Part shown: positions 23,238 to 37,200 of the stretch, in pieces
How the letters are laid out: the number at the start of each line of letters is the position of its first letter
How positions within the stretch are numbered: the stretch's first letter is position 1
NCBI GenBank assembly: GCA_030704615.1
Contig: CM060733.1
Span: forward strand, 51,708,001-51,772,000
Direction: 5' to 3'
From: Takakia lepidozioides
Lineage: Eukaryota; Plantae; Bryophyta
DNA: 64,000 nt
Program-made: the position numbers and the translations under genes
Notes under the pieces: model-generated
What the model saw: only the letters and a program-made list of their open reading frames with translations
The model's database searches: none
Told to the model about the DNA's origin: nothing

Positions 23238-23986
23238 CTAGGGTAGCCTGTGCCGTTGGCCCAAGTGTCCACTGTCATCTAAGTCCAAGTGCAATCCCCT
23301 ATGTATCCAAGTGCGTCTCCTATGTCATAGGAAATTGTCTTCGAGTGAATTTAAACAGTAGGTTGTTCCAGGAAAGCCCACTTTGCTATTTTTCACAAAT
23401 TTTCAGCCACCAAAAGTACTTGAAATACCATATCTCCCACACCACATGTCCAAAAATTATGAGACCAAGTCGGTGCACCCCTCCTCATCGAGGGCGTTCC
23501 AACGGTACCAAGCACCAGGGCTAGCCCCCCCACCCAGTTTGGGAAATCTCAACTTTACAAAACAAAACAAAACAAACAAACAAATTGTAGTGTGCCATCG
23601 GCCCAAGTGTCCAATGTCATCTAAGTCCAAGTGCATCAATATATGAAGTAAGCCATATCTTATCATTATTTTTCCCCAGAGCCTACGACCAGATTTGAAC
23701 CAGAGACTTTGCCTTGATGTCTCTCCTGCGGAGGCTCCAACCATTGCCCATGAATGCCCATTTTGCTAATTTTCGTGAATTTCCAGCGTCCAAAAGTACT
23801 TGAAATGCCACATCTCCCACACCGCAAGTCCAAAAATCACGAGACCAAGCCCGTGCACCCCTCCTCGTGGAGGGCTTTCCAACTCTACCAAGCACTGGGG
23901 CCTCGCGGTTTGGGACATCTCAAATCTACAAAACAAAACAAACAAAACAAAACAAAACAAAACAAACGTCTCGCTTCATATATTGA
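23238..23986 (-). mobile_element. Two head-to-tail non-autonomous Helitron units
   Basis: Minus-strand 5' A|TCAATATATGAAGCGAGAC at 23986 and 3' gggccaacggcac-aggctacc-CTAG|T at 23238. A second 3'-end motif lies near 23587. Confidence 0.7.
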
Positions 23987-25332
23987 TTTTTCTAAGGGGA
24001 CACAAGCCTGCTACACAAATTAAAACAAGCAAAGAAGAAAGAAAGAAGAAGCAAGGGAGAAATAAAATATGGGGAACCTCCCAGAACACCACAATGGGCA
24101 ACAGAAATATCCAACTGAGGTTCAACGTCCTTAATTTTGTTTTTTTTGGTCCTTAAAATGCCTAAAACTGATGTAGACAGGTTGAGTCCCAGCAAGCCTA
24201 TCCAGCAACTTCATCTGGTCTACCCTGGCATTTTCAAGTGAGACCTTCTGTAGAAGATCATGGTCAATACTGGTGGAAGGACTGGCAGATCAGAATTGTG
24301 AGACGCGTTACAATGTAAACAGTTAAGGCTCTAGCATCTTAGATGTAGATGCTTGCTTACTGTGTGTGAGGAGCGACTTCTATATTTCAGGGTGGACTGC
24401 AAGATGACAGTTGTTGAGGCTGAGCTTCAAGTCAAAAGCTTGTATTAAGCTTATAGGTTTACAATAGCAATGTGGCCTTGGCCTGATTTGTGGAACCTCT
24501 GTTTGTTGCAGCTAGAATGGTTAGGAGGCAGTGAAGAGGCCAACAAGTCATGATCTGTCCTTCGGCGTGTTTTTTCAAGAGTTTCCAGGTGTATTGTGAG
24601 CACCTGGATAAATCTGCAGTTCCTCTCCACCTCTACTTAAGAAGTTATGGCTGTTCCGAGGGGGTATATGGTCACTTTGCAGCTGTACTGTAATCAAAGG
24701 GAAATTGCAGATTGAGATACAAAGTGGGCTTCATGCAGCGGTGTGAACTATTTGCTGCACAGGTCAAAGTGGCAATGTCATGGTCTTCAGCAGTGCTTGG
24801 ACTTAATTATAATGAAAGGAGAGAATAACCTCTTTCAAAGTAACCTCACAAGCTTCACAAGGCTCATCGCACCGCAGGATTTGAACTCAGAACTACCTGG
24901 ATTGAGCGCTGTATCCAGCATCCCCCCCCGAGCGCCTACCAACTCATTTAAAAAATAAAATACAATATGATTCGCTCATTTCATTAAAAAATGAACAGAA
25001 TTTAAAGTCTGAGCCGGTGATGTGGGTCCGGACGGATGAATGCACGGACGCGTGGGCGCATGGATGAGGAGCGATAAGGGGATGCGCGGTAACCGGGGTG
25101 GGATTGAGGGGCGGGGTTAAGGTTAAGCCTACCTACGCATTATTTGACCGTTTGGATAGCAACCGGCTAAGGCAGGTCGCTTGGTGTGGACAGCGCAGCA
25201 GGGAACCGGCCCCAGGCGGTGGCGCAGGGTAGGTCCTCGTGCGAGTCGCCGGTGACCGGTAGTCAGTTGCAAAATTTAAAAACGGACGAGTAAATGGAGC
25301 GCTGTGGTAGGGCGAGGCTCATACCGGTAAGC

Positions 25333-25380
<48 letters not shown>
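25333..25380 (+). repeat. (GA)n microsatellite upstream of MYB3R
   Basis: About 20 GA units. Confidence 0.9.
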
Positions 25381-25385
<5 letters not shown>

Positions 25386-25834
25386 GTCTGGCTATGGCGG
25401 GCATCGACCCTGCCCCGGCTCCTTGCAGGCTCGCGTGCACCAGAGTACAGTCATGATGTAGGGAGATGATGAGGGAGATGGAATGGATGGGGAGGGAGGG
25501 AGGTGGATTAAGTTAGGGTTGTTTGGTGCGGAGTAAACGTGTTGCGATGGGGTTGAGGGGAAGAAGAGAGCGAAAGAGGACGGGGCAAGGAGAGAGAGGA
25601 GATTTGAGTTTTTGTTAGAGGTGTGGAGACGGAGGCAAGTGAGGGCATGTCGGTAGAGGTTCGGATGCAAGCGAGCGCAGGGAGGAGGAGTGATGCGACG
25701 GAGTGGGGGAGAGGGAGGGAGAGGCGGAGGTGTGGCAGGTGGGATGGGGGAGGAATGTAGACATGGGGGATTAGGGAAGGGTGAATGTGAGGTAGAGGTG
25801 GTGGTGGAGTAGTTTGGAGACGATTAGGGCAGTG

Positions 25835-28800
25835 ATGGCGAGCTTCAACGCGAAAGGGAAGACTAGTAGCAGCAATGAAAATATGCAGCAGCGGTCGTCG
25901 GCTTGTTCATCGGGGCCTGAGTCGGATGACGAAACTTCTCACAACTTGCCGCCTGTGCACGGGTACGGCCCCTGTCGTCTTTCATTTCCGACCCTCTCTG
26001 CCCACTACTGCTTTGTGTCTTCAATTACAAGGTCGCTAGTGTGTGAGCAGCAGGGTTCTGCAGGTTTACAGACGATCACACATAAGCCAGATCGCTGTGT
26101 CTCTGTGTGTGTCTCTCTCTTTCTCTTTGACCCCTCCCCTCCATACAAACTGGGTGATCGGTTTGAGGAATTCTAGAGCAAGAGCATTCTGACAAGCATG
26201 TCTTACGCATTCTTCCATCGGGTAAGCAATCTGCCTTGGTTTTTGTTCTCTACTCCCAAAGCTTGTATTTACTGTGTCACTATTTGGAAGCAGCAAGGTT
26301 GTGGAGGAAGCAGAATTACCACCTTGTTTCCTTGTGAGGCTTTCGTTTTGTTTGTGATCAGTCTCTTGGTTTGTGCCCGTTCTGAAAGAAGTGCTATCTC
26401 TGACAACATGGTAAGAGAATACAGGTTTGAACATTGCTCTGAGGCAAATGCTATTATTGAGTAAACCTCTACCATCTCCACTATCTTGGTGTTGCTGCTC
26501 GCCTTGGCCTCTTGGCCAATGCTGAATGGGTGATTGTGTAGTCTTCTTTGCAACCCTTGTTTGTTTGATAGATCATGGTTTCATCCTAGGCGTATACCAT
26601 TCAAACACCCTTTTGATATATTTTTTTCTTTTTCTTTTTCTTTTCTCTTCTTTTTTTCCTGTCGATCGTGGCTATGTAACGCCTACGAGTGTTTATCTGT
26701 GCACATGGCCATGAAAGTTAAAGGAGTTGGAGGTAGGTGCAACTGGGTGTGGTCCTGTATTGTGATACCACCACAGGATCCAGGATTCGAGTCAAGTCAA
26801 TTTGTTTGTGGGCATGTATACCGGCACAGCACATGCTCATTATACTTAAATTGACTTTTGGATTAGTACATATGTTGAGGGAGGGAGAAATATGGTGTGC
26901 TCATCCCTAAGTCTTTTGCAGTTTTCACCAGCTAATGTCAACAAGTGTGTCAAATCACACAGGCACCAAGTGAGCAGGACAGCCACAGACATATTTGATT
27001 ATTTAGGATCTGCAAATGACTGTGCACTTGCCTGGCAGACGGACAGGTGGGCCAACACGAAGGTCCTCAAAAGGCGGTTGGACACCAGAGGAGGTATGCT
27101 CTTGTTTGGCCATTCACCATTTGTTTCAAGGCTCTAAAGTGCTCCACATAGTCACAAAGTGGTGGAATGACTGAGCTTCACACTCTTCCTCAGCTATTTC
27201 TTGAGGCTTGCAAAGTGCAACTGTTGGCAGACGTATTTAAGCTGCTGCACATTGCAAAGAAAATAGCCTTTCTGGACTGTGGAAAAATCCATAAGCCCAT
27301 CCCAACTGAGGGTAACCTTTTGAATTATAAGTTGCTATGCACTGCCAAGAATCTGTGCCCCACCCATAGGCCCACCACCCTTGCTTAGAGATATCTGCAC
27401 CAAACTCTAATCTGATCAATTTTATTGGGATAAGTGTATTCCGTGGATTGAAAGATCCGAGGTGGTTGTCTCTCATGAGTGTTTTGGGGCAATGCCTTTG
27501 GAAATCAGGACGAAATTTTGCGGCGAGCTGTGCAGTGTTTCAAGGGTAAAAACTGGAAAAAAATTGGTAAGCGCTTGTAAACATGTCTTGCCGTTTCCTC
27601 TCTCTATCTCTGTTTGTCTGTGGGTTCTCTACTTTCAAATGAGGTCCTCTTTGTGCTTCTCCTTCCTCTTATTCCTTCTTTGCAACTGTGATCTGGCCGG
27701 TTTGCAGCGGAGTTTTTCACCGACCGAACTGACGTACAGTGTCTGCACCGATGGCAAAAGGTTCTTAATCCTGATCTGGTCAAGGGTGCCTGGACAAAGG
27801 AGGTACATTTATTAGCCTGTAATATCTGTCCTCTGAAGTGTTTTCCAAGCTGCAATATCAAATATAACTGACTTCAAGTGGTTAATGTATCTGGTTGTCC
27901 TCTTGAACAGGCTCTTCTGAAGACTTAGAAAGTGTCTGAAAACATCCATATATGTATATGTCAAAGTTAATTCACCTTGCTTCGAATTTGCTCTCATTCG
28001 TTCTAGCCCTTCGATCTGACCTGTGGTGGGTGATTATCCTGGTATCCAATTCACCAATCCTAATTGACGTGGGTATTGTTATGGCTGCAGGAGGATGACC
28101 GGATTATGGAACTTGTCAACAAGTATGGGGCAAAAAAATGGTCTGTGATAGCTCAGAATCTTCCAGGTCGGATTGGAAAGCAATGTCGAGAAAGGTGAGC
28201 ACTCTAGAAACTCTGTTGGCCATGAAGGTCTTTGTTACCACTAGTTCATAAGAGAACCACAATCTTGTAGGGTATTTGGTTTGAGTTGTTGAAGTTCAAC
28301 TCCTCATGACTAAATTGCCTACAATCTTGCAGGTAGAAGTGGACTTGCTGGTATTTGTTTTTACTTACATCCGAGTTGTGTTCTTGTCCTCGCTTGTTTG
28401 ATTTTCTGATAGGTGAAACATGTTTGGGTATGTCTTTGATTACTTGAAGATCTTTTGTGAGCAGGTGGCACAATCATTTGAACCCAAATATCAAGAGGGA
28501 GGCCTGGACGCAACAGGAAGATCTTTCCTTGATTCATGCCCATCAGCTTTATGGCAACAAATGGGCAGAAATTGCAAAGTTTCTCCCAGGCCGGTAAGTC
28601 TTCCTCGCTATGTTTTTGTCTTGTCTCTTACATTTTCTCTTTCTTGCTTTATCCTCATTCATGTCTTGAGCATACTTATGAGTCTTATGATGTTGTGCCC
28701 GCCCCTCCCACCTTGGCTAGCATAGCACAGCTGCAAAGATAATGTGGCCTTGTATGAACAAAAGGAGGATGGAAACACTGGAGGTAATGAATTGTGAATG

Positions 28801-31800
28801 CTGTAGTATGCTCGAGCAGAAAGGGAGAGCAGGTGTTAAGGGTAGAAGAACGTGGAGGAAGACGAATACACTTGAAACTAACTGAGCAAGGACCTATGCG
28901 TGGACTTTGCAGTACGGACAACTCAATCAAGAATCACTGGAACAGTACCATGAAGAAAAAAGTAGACCCGGTGACAGCAACGGATCCAATATCACAAGCT
29001 TTGGCTGCCTACCAAGTGCAGCAAGAATCTCTCAATCCTGGTCCTCCACCTGTGCACATGGATCAATCATTGAGCAATCTGAGAGACAACTCCACCAAGA
29101 ATCACTGGAACAGCACTGTAAAGAAAAACATGGATCCCATGAGAGCGTCTAATCCCATGTCACGAGCTTTAGCTGCCTACCAAGTGCAGCAGGAATCTCT
29201 GGATCCTGCTCCTCCCCCTCTGCAGAGGGATCACTTGCTGAGTAGTATGTGCCGGGGTGTGTCTCCCACTAGTGAGGCCACCCCTTCGTCATTAGGAATG
29301 AGACACATGCAGGGGCATTCCAATGTCCCCAGACCACCCCGATTGACAGAGCAGTCAGAGCCTAAAGCTGCCAGTTCTCAACTGCCACATGGAGAGCTTT
29401 CAGGTGCAGGCTTGTCAGGTTTGGCACCAAGTACCATGGAGGTGGATGAATCAAGGGGGGGAGAAGTAGCTGGGGGGTACACAGACCAGCTGCTCAGGGC
29501 TGCAAACCAGGCAGTCAGCGATTATCATTTGCAAACACCGATGCTTACCGAGGTAGACCTGGAAGAGAAAGGAGAGATGGATGGGGCTGTTGGAATAGAG
29601 ATGGATGCTTTGTTTTACGAGCCTCCCCGTTTGCCATGTTCTGATTCACCATTTATGAGTTATGATCTGATCCAGAGTGGGCAATCATTGCAGGCGTACA
29701 GCCCTCTCGGTGTGCGCCAGATGATAATGCCTGCCATCAACTGCATCACACCTCCTTCCTACCTTTCCCATTCTCCTTTTCAAGGGAATAGTCCCCAGTC
29801 AAAACTACGTAGTGCTGCTCGAAGTTTCAGCGGTTCTCCTTCAATATTGCGGAAACGGCCACGTCCGCTTTTGATTCCTTCCCAAACTAGGAAGGTCCAG
29901 GGCACTGCAGATTTGCAGGTTCGAGATACTGAAATGGGCGCAGGAAGTGAAGGATTGGCAGAGATGTCTAATAGGTTATTGGGAGGGACACTTGAGACGC
30001 CTGATAAAACTTCTGAGGCGAGTGCCACTGAAGATACTTCAGCTGCTGCAGCCAAGTCAGCAGCCTGCCAGGCAAGAACTGCGCTGTTTGTGTCCCCACC
30101 CTATCATCTTACCAAAAGTTCCAACAAGGTTTTGAGTCCAGAAGACATGGGTACATACACAGAGCACCAGTCCCAAGAGTGTACAGCCGACAGCAGTGAA
30201 GGAGGAGGGGGCAGCAGCTCAACTTTTTCTGTTCGAGATAGCAAGGAGGGGGCTGCCTGTAGCAATGGCCCCCGAGAGACGACAGCTGGTAAATATAACA
30301 AGAGGGGAAGATCGCATGGCAACAATCGTGAATACGACATGGGGTCCAGGAGGGGGGTAGGTGCCCATTTGTCGTCAAAGGTAATAAGAGTCCTCTGGAC
30401 TGGAGATGGAGAGGATGATGTCAGAGGGGGTCTAGGTAGCTAGGTTTGCAGGCAGGCTGGGAGCTAGGAGCGAAGGAGGTTACAATCGTAGATGTTGGCA
30501 AGTTGAAGTATTTTAGTACCCAACATTACTGTCATGTTCCTCCTACTTATCAATTCATATGGATTTCGGTGCCCTATACCTTCCTGCACAATAAAATAAT
30601 AGATGTCAAAGGCTACGATCATCTCCTCTACCTATACCCTATGATTAATGCCCATGGAGCTACGTACCTTTGTCTGGCCATACACAGCAGAACTCTGATA
30701 CTAGTAGAGAGACTGTTGCAACCAGTATTGTGGAGGGCAAAGTGAACGGCATGGTTGGTATTTCTGTTCATGAAAGGGGGGGAGAATGGATGTATTGGTC
30801 TTGATATGCGGGGTTGTGGTGACATTGCAGACGCTGCAGGATGGTCCTGTGCTTGTAGAGCAGCGTCAGAATGGGCAAGGGCAGCCTTGTTTCTCACTAG
30901 ACGCAAACACCCTACCCACCCACCTTGTTGGGCCCACTGGTGCAGAAGGCTATGGTAGTGCCTTGGTGCTTGGGGGTGCCACTGGAAAACATGGATATGG
31001 TGATATGAGGGCTTCATGTGAGGCTGGCCTTGTTGGCTCAGGGAGCATGGTTGCGGGGACTTTCTCCTCCAAGTTAGCAGACAGAAGGGAGATTCTGTCA
31101 CCAGTGGGCATGCCGACGTTTGGTATCTGGGGTTCTGTTACATGTGCAATGACAACATGTTCCAGTCCTTCAGCTGTGGGGCTCCACCATTCCCCAGCCA
31201 GAGAGTGGTCTGGCATTGGTGAACTGGACTCTGTTAATTTGTACGTGATGCATCTCTTTTGTTGAGCTGTTGCCAATGTACTACTCTTACTTTTCTTCTT
31301 GTGTGCAAATGTAAGACCTTGGCTAGGATAGCACAACAATTGTTTTCTGCACAGCTCTATGTGGTGAGGAGAGGAACAGAGGGGATGGAGGATGACACAG
31401 AGATGGAGTTGCTTATGTCCACGTAAATATGTGATGGGAAAGCATAGAGAGTGGCATATAATGGGATTCTGTTTATATTTCCTGTTGCTGGGGAGCAGTG
31501 TTATGAGCAATGATGGTGGCTTTGGATCCCCGTCGGCAATGTGGAGGTCCCCATGGCAGCTGGATTCTTTTCCATCAGCTCAGAAAGATGGAGCAATGTC
31601 ATTCATGGAGGTGACCAGCCTCATTCCTAACTCTCCTGCAGTTCTCGAAGATCTACTTCATAAATAGGGCTCCCTCTTCCCTACTTGCTGTTGAGTGTGT
31701 GCAGCTTTAAGCTGGAAAGAATCTCGGTCACACAAACTTCATGTTCCCTTTTTAGGTGCCGTGAAGTTGTCACTAATAGAGGAATTCATCAATGTCAGGA

Positions 31801-32511
31801 AGAAGTGGGAAGAGAATCCTGAAGACAGGATGAGGACAAAGACAGATTAAATCCTCTTCTGACTGTGGGCTATGTTCTCAAAAAGTGTTGATGGTCAATA
31901 TTTACAGGGTATCGAGGTGCTCACGGAGGATGGGGTAGATGATGCACTAGGCATCATGCGGCATCTCAATGAGCACAATGCCCCTACCTACTGTGAGGCT
32001 GAGGAAGTGTTGGCCAAACCACCTTCGGCTGAGTGCATGCCCTCGCCACTTTCAGCATACCGGATTCGTACTGATGGAAGCCAGAACTTGCATGACTGCA
32101 AGGAGAATATGAGGGGTTTGTCTGAGAATGTAGATGGAGGAGCATCATCTTATGTCAACTGGCTCTTGGTAAATATTGCAAGTACTTTTGTATTGAATTC
32201 TTTGCTGTTATACTGTATGACTTTATTTCTTGAAGGTCCTGTAGGTTGCTTTTATTTAGTCAATGTTGCCCAGATTGCAGAAGCAGACAGTACCGTCAGA
32301 GGTTCACTAACATATATCTGTCATGTTTTTGACATAACAGCCATTTCAAGTGGACTTTTTGTCACCGGATGTTGTTCTGGCTGGAACACCTGTGCGGGGG
32401 GCATCTTCACAAGGTTTGAACAGCGGGGCAGACGAAACCCACTTAGCAAATGGAGGGAGCTGTGCAGATCAATTCAGTCCCTCCATGTACCTTCTGAAGG
32501 AGTGTCGCTAG
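25835..32511 (+). CDS. MYB3R: Three-repeat MYB (R1R2R3, MYB3R) cell-cycle transcription factor, multi-exon
   Basis: Exons about 25835-25962, 27039-27093 (RTGGPTRRSSKGGWTPEE), 27509-27566, 27708-27802 (RTDVQCLHRWQKVLNP), 28091-28194, 28465-28593, 28913-30380, then less certain exons to the C-terminal SPSMYLLKECR*. Conserved LRSAARSFSGSPSILRKR. Confidence 0.93.
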
Positions 32512-34290
32512 GTTAATTTATGCTTGCTTTAGTATTTTTGTTCGATGGGATTTGAGGGATTATCTGTTTGTGCATGTGCTTGGGAATTTTTGAGCACACT
32601 TTGTTTCAAAGATGGCCAACAAGACCCCCTTTGAGTAGTGGTCTGGAGGGTCGACTGGAAAACTGTCCACCGGTCAAGAGGCAGTGGTAGGTGTACCGTA
32701 AAGAATAATGAGCAGTTACATAATTCAAGATTTCAGCATTCCTTGAATGTATGGTCGTGCACAGTAGATCTTCTAACAAATGTGGCACTGGTATACTTTC
32801 AGTATCAATACCTTGTACAGCAGATTCATGTTGTTATGCATACTTTTTGATTGCATTGCTGAGCCAAGTTGAGCTGATGGTTTGAGTGGGATTCTTTCTG
32901 TTCATGGAAGTTCAAATGTGTACTAGTATTACTAATCCATCCTCATTCTGCTCTTTGCATCCTTGCGAGGTTTCCTCAAGGATTGGAGGTTTGATGCGTA
33001 TAAAGGTATGGTATCATCCTATTCTGATCATATTCTGATCAACTTGAACTCAATTTATGCCGCAGACATATTACTGTTTTTGTATCATGATCCTTGTCCA
33101 TTCCCAGAGATGTTTGTTACCTGACCCTGCCTTTGGGCGTTTTACCGGCGATCTGCTGAATGATGTAAAATTGGTTTAAGGGCTCTGTTCTACTATCCCC
33201 TGCTCTGACAGGTATTCTCGGAAGGTAAATTAGGAAATCTCAATTTAGAGGAAGCTAGAAGGATTGCTCTACCATATTGAAAGCACAAGGAGAAGGTTGT
33301 GAAGAGTAGGAAGATTAGCAAAGAAGGAGGGCGTGACAGATCTTGTGCCAAAGCAAAAATGTCTGCGGTACTTGGGCAAAGAGGTTGATGCTATTGACAA
33401 GAAAACCACTGGCTGGGGTCACGAAGAGACAAAGGAATGTTGAATGGACCTGTTGGAAAATGCTGAGATGCTTTTAACTCACACCTGCAAATACTGAAAC
33501 CAGGTAACTGAAGAGAAGAAAAGTGAAGGCAAAGACAAGTATGATTTTAGATTTCACTGCCCTTCTGTCCTGGTACATATCAGAGAAATGGCTTTCACTT
33601 TGGTTCATGATCCCAAAACCGATTGTCTTTGCAAGTAGCACGAGACGTTGAACACTGGAGAGAGGTAGAAGACCACAAGAAACCCCCCCTGTAAGAGAGT
33701 TTGACAGAAGATCATCCATAGATTGGAGAATTCACAGAGATTCCTTCCCCCTTCACCAACCAGAGCACCAGCTTTTGGTTCCTTATCTCACCACCACCAA
33801 TACTGACTATGCCCCAAAAGCAGGGATCTTCACAAATCTCAACTGTTGAATGTGACGAAATGGACAGTAGAGGACGGCCGCTACACCTCAGTATCCAATA
33901 GTAGGATTTGGTTCATATGGTCTCTCCAGCGAGCAGAAGTGGGACAAGAGATTGGAAAGCTTGATCTGTCCAAAGGCATGTTTTTGTGCCGGTCAAACGG
34001 ATGAGACATGAGAGCTCACAGAGATTTGTGGTGCTCCTGCTTGTCAACATGTGACAGACTCGCTCTGTTTATCATGAGAAAGACGCACACACCCTCACAA
34101 TCGTATGTGGGTATGCAGAAGGTGTGGGTTTTCCTGTATAGTGAGACGGAGTAAGCACTAGTCATCATTTAGTGGTGATCAATACTACTTTCTTCCGATG
34201 CAGAGGAAAGGGAGATGGATAGGGGAACGTTTTAGAAGTAATTGAGGAATGCAGAAAGGATTTGTTCCAGCGGGAAATTGCAGCGTAGGC

Positions 34291-37200
34291 ATGGCACAGG
34301 CCTTGTTATGCGCAGGTTCAGGCACTGCGTGTTCATGTGCGAGCTCGGTACCTCCTTCGATGCACCTACTCTGCACTTCATCGCAGGTTCACACTTCAGA
34401 CGTGTTTCTTCAGACGTGTTTCTCTTCTCCATTACGACATTCGGCATCAATGATTTCACATTGTCAATTTGGGTGGTGGAGTCTTCTCTTTCTTCTTGCT
34501 GTGTAAATCTCCATTCTATCGTCATTTGAGTGATAGACGAAGCTTGTTCAGGGGGAGCAACGAACAATCTCCGTCTATGCCGCCGCCCCTTCGCTGCTGC
34601 GGGGTTTTGTTTTTGTTGGTTTTTGGGATTTTAGTGCTGGCGAGGCTTCTAAGTGTTATCCCCATAGATAGAAAGTAACAGACAAAAGCTTGATTTTAAA
34701 GAACGGTTTGTGCCGAGGTTTTGATAGAAGTCCTTTCTCTTTCCTTATTCGACTGAATTGACTTCTGTCTGCTCAAATATCAGCTTCACAACACCCTTTG
34801 TGGGTTCTTTCAATGGAATACCCTCACCATTTCGCTGCTTGACTGAAAACGCTTGCGTGGGAATCAAATGGAATGGTTTACTATTTTCCACATGAAGCCA
34901 ACTGCAAGTCACAATGACTACCTGCTTGTAATTCATGTTTATTTGGAAGTCCCAAGGGTCAGTGTTGGCTCAGACCTGGAGATTTGATTCAATTCTGACA
35001 TACTGAACTATTTGTAACCCGTCCAGCACAGCAAGTATACCTCCATTTCAAATTTAGGCATCAGGCCCGACAGGGAGCGATTGTTTCTGGAGTCACAAAA
35101 GATTGTTCAAGTTCCATACTTTTCAAGGGCTGCGCCTGCAGGAAGGCGACTACGGCTGGTAGCCTTTGCACAACTCCAAACGGCAGGCACTGCTGTTGAA
35201 GAAGTTACAGCAGCTTCTACAGTTGCAAATGATGGATTTCCAGCTGGTGCAGGCACTCAGGTTTTTGTGAAATTGAAACCAGTCTCTCTTATCCAGTCGT
35301 AATGCTGTACCTAGTATTTTGTCAAAGGAGCAAACGTCTTGATTTTCACTGGGCGTTCACTCAGCCCCTGGTATGTTGGTCTGCCTTGGGCATAACTTGC
35401 ATTTTGAATCCTAGAAAGCATTTAATAAGAGTTATATCTATGTCGCAATATACTAAGTGTGCTGATGAATGCTGCATTGCAGCTTGACAGTGCATTGGCA
35501 GTCGAGGGACAGAATGGCTCCAAGGCTTTCAACTCTTCTGCTCCATTGGTGGTTGATGATCTTTCCCCGGCAACTGTTGTGCCACCCAGCTCCTCAGCAG
35601 AGAGTGTGCCAATTGGTCCAGATGTGGGACTCCCTGAGTCAACTGCAAACCAGCTGCCTGAACCAGCTGATATTCTTAGCATACAGTCAGCTGTGGAGGC
35701 TGTTGCTAATGATGACTCAAGTGGAGTTAAATCCATTGGAGAAAGCGGGCCAAGAACATTGGAAGCTGCACAAGAAGCCAATGGGAATATCGAACCTTTT
35801 AGGGCTCTGGATGGCACTGGAGCTGATACCTTGCCTTCTCCTTTAAGTACTGCGACAGACACGGTTTCAAGAACAACTAAAGCAGCGGCCAATATGTTGG
35901 AAGACACTAAAGCTTCTTTCACAAAAACACTTACAGCTGCCCAAGATACAGTTACAAACACAGTCACCAACATTGAAGATGCTGTCAGGGATTCCGTAGG
36001 CTCTGCTGGCAATGCTGTGAGAAATGTTTATGATAGTATCAATGGGTCCATAAAAAATGGAATAAACTCTGTGACGGGATTTTATGATCACACCGTAGAG
36101 GACATTCAGACAAAAGTTGATCGCACTGTGAGTACCGCAGAGGGAGGTGTTGTAGATTTCACAAGCCCATTTCGGATGGGGACGCCTATCAATAACACTC
36201 TCAATGACATTGTGGTAGTTGTGAAAAGTGCGACAGGGTCAGCTTTGATGGTTTCAGGCAAACTGGTGGAAGACATTTATGGTTCAACAAAGGCTCTTTT
36301 GCCCACTGATGCGCAGTCGGCGTTGAGTGTAGTGGAACAGAAAATTCATGATGTATCTGAGCCTGTAGGATATGCTCTCCAGCAGGTGTCTCCCTCTCTC
36401 TCTCTTCTACGTTACTCTGCTTCTGTCCCTCAAGCCCTTTGGGCCTTTCACAAGTGTAGTAAATTGCTTTCTTTCTTTCTCCCTCTCTGGTATTGCACAT
36501 TTATAAGCCAGCCTCCATTAGCTGCATCTCTTCTCACTCCTTACTGTGGCTAAGTTTGCGACGAGTGATGATTGCAGGCATATGATGGTATTGCGAGTGC
36601 GGAGAAAGCAGTGGGTGTTGATCCAGAGAATCCAATTATTCCAGTTCTTCTGGTCATAGGTGGCACAATATACTTGGGGTATGAGCCTTATCATATTCAG
36701 TTTAAATTTGATGCTCTACTCAGTACAATCCTCCATCTTACTGATAGGCAGTGACACTGGTGCTCAAACTTACTCATTAGTGGTTTTTTCCTTCTAGTTT
36801 CATGTGCACTATAGTCGAATTCCCTTCATGGGTACTGCTAGCACAACCAATGTTCAGAGTGATTTCTGTTAGAGACATCCCTGAACGAATAGGACAAAGG
36901 GCCATCACCTCCCTTTCCTCTGCCCCTGTTGACAATGCTCTCATTTAGCCCTAGGTCCCTGAGAACCGGAAATAGAACTTCACTGGCAGTCCTGTGGTGA
37001 AATTTCAGAATTTTACGACGACCTTTTTCTTAGCCAGTCTTGGTGTGGCAGTGTGTCCTATTGGCAGGCCACATATGGCGGGTATTCTGGGGACTTGATT
37101 CCAAGTGTGGCACTAGACCTCGTGAAAAAGGAGGGAAATGTTGTGTTGGTTGATGTGCGGCCACAGGCAAGCATATCTGCCACTGCCACTGCTACTGGTT

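Noticed and set aside
24200-24800. Possible LINE endonuclease remnant (SDHIP on the minus strand near 24670)
   Set aside because: A single short motif with no supporting surrounding homology.
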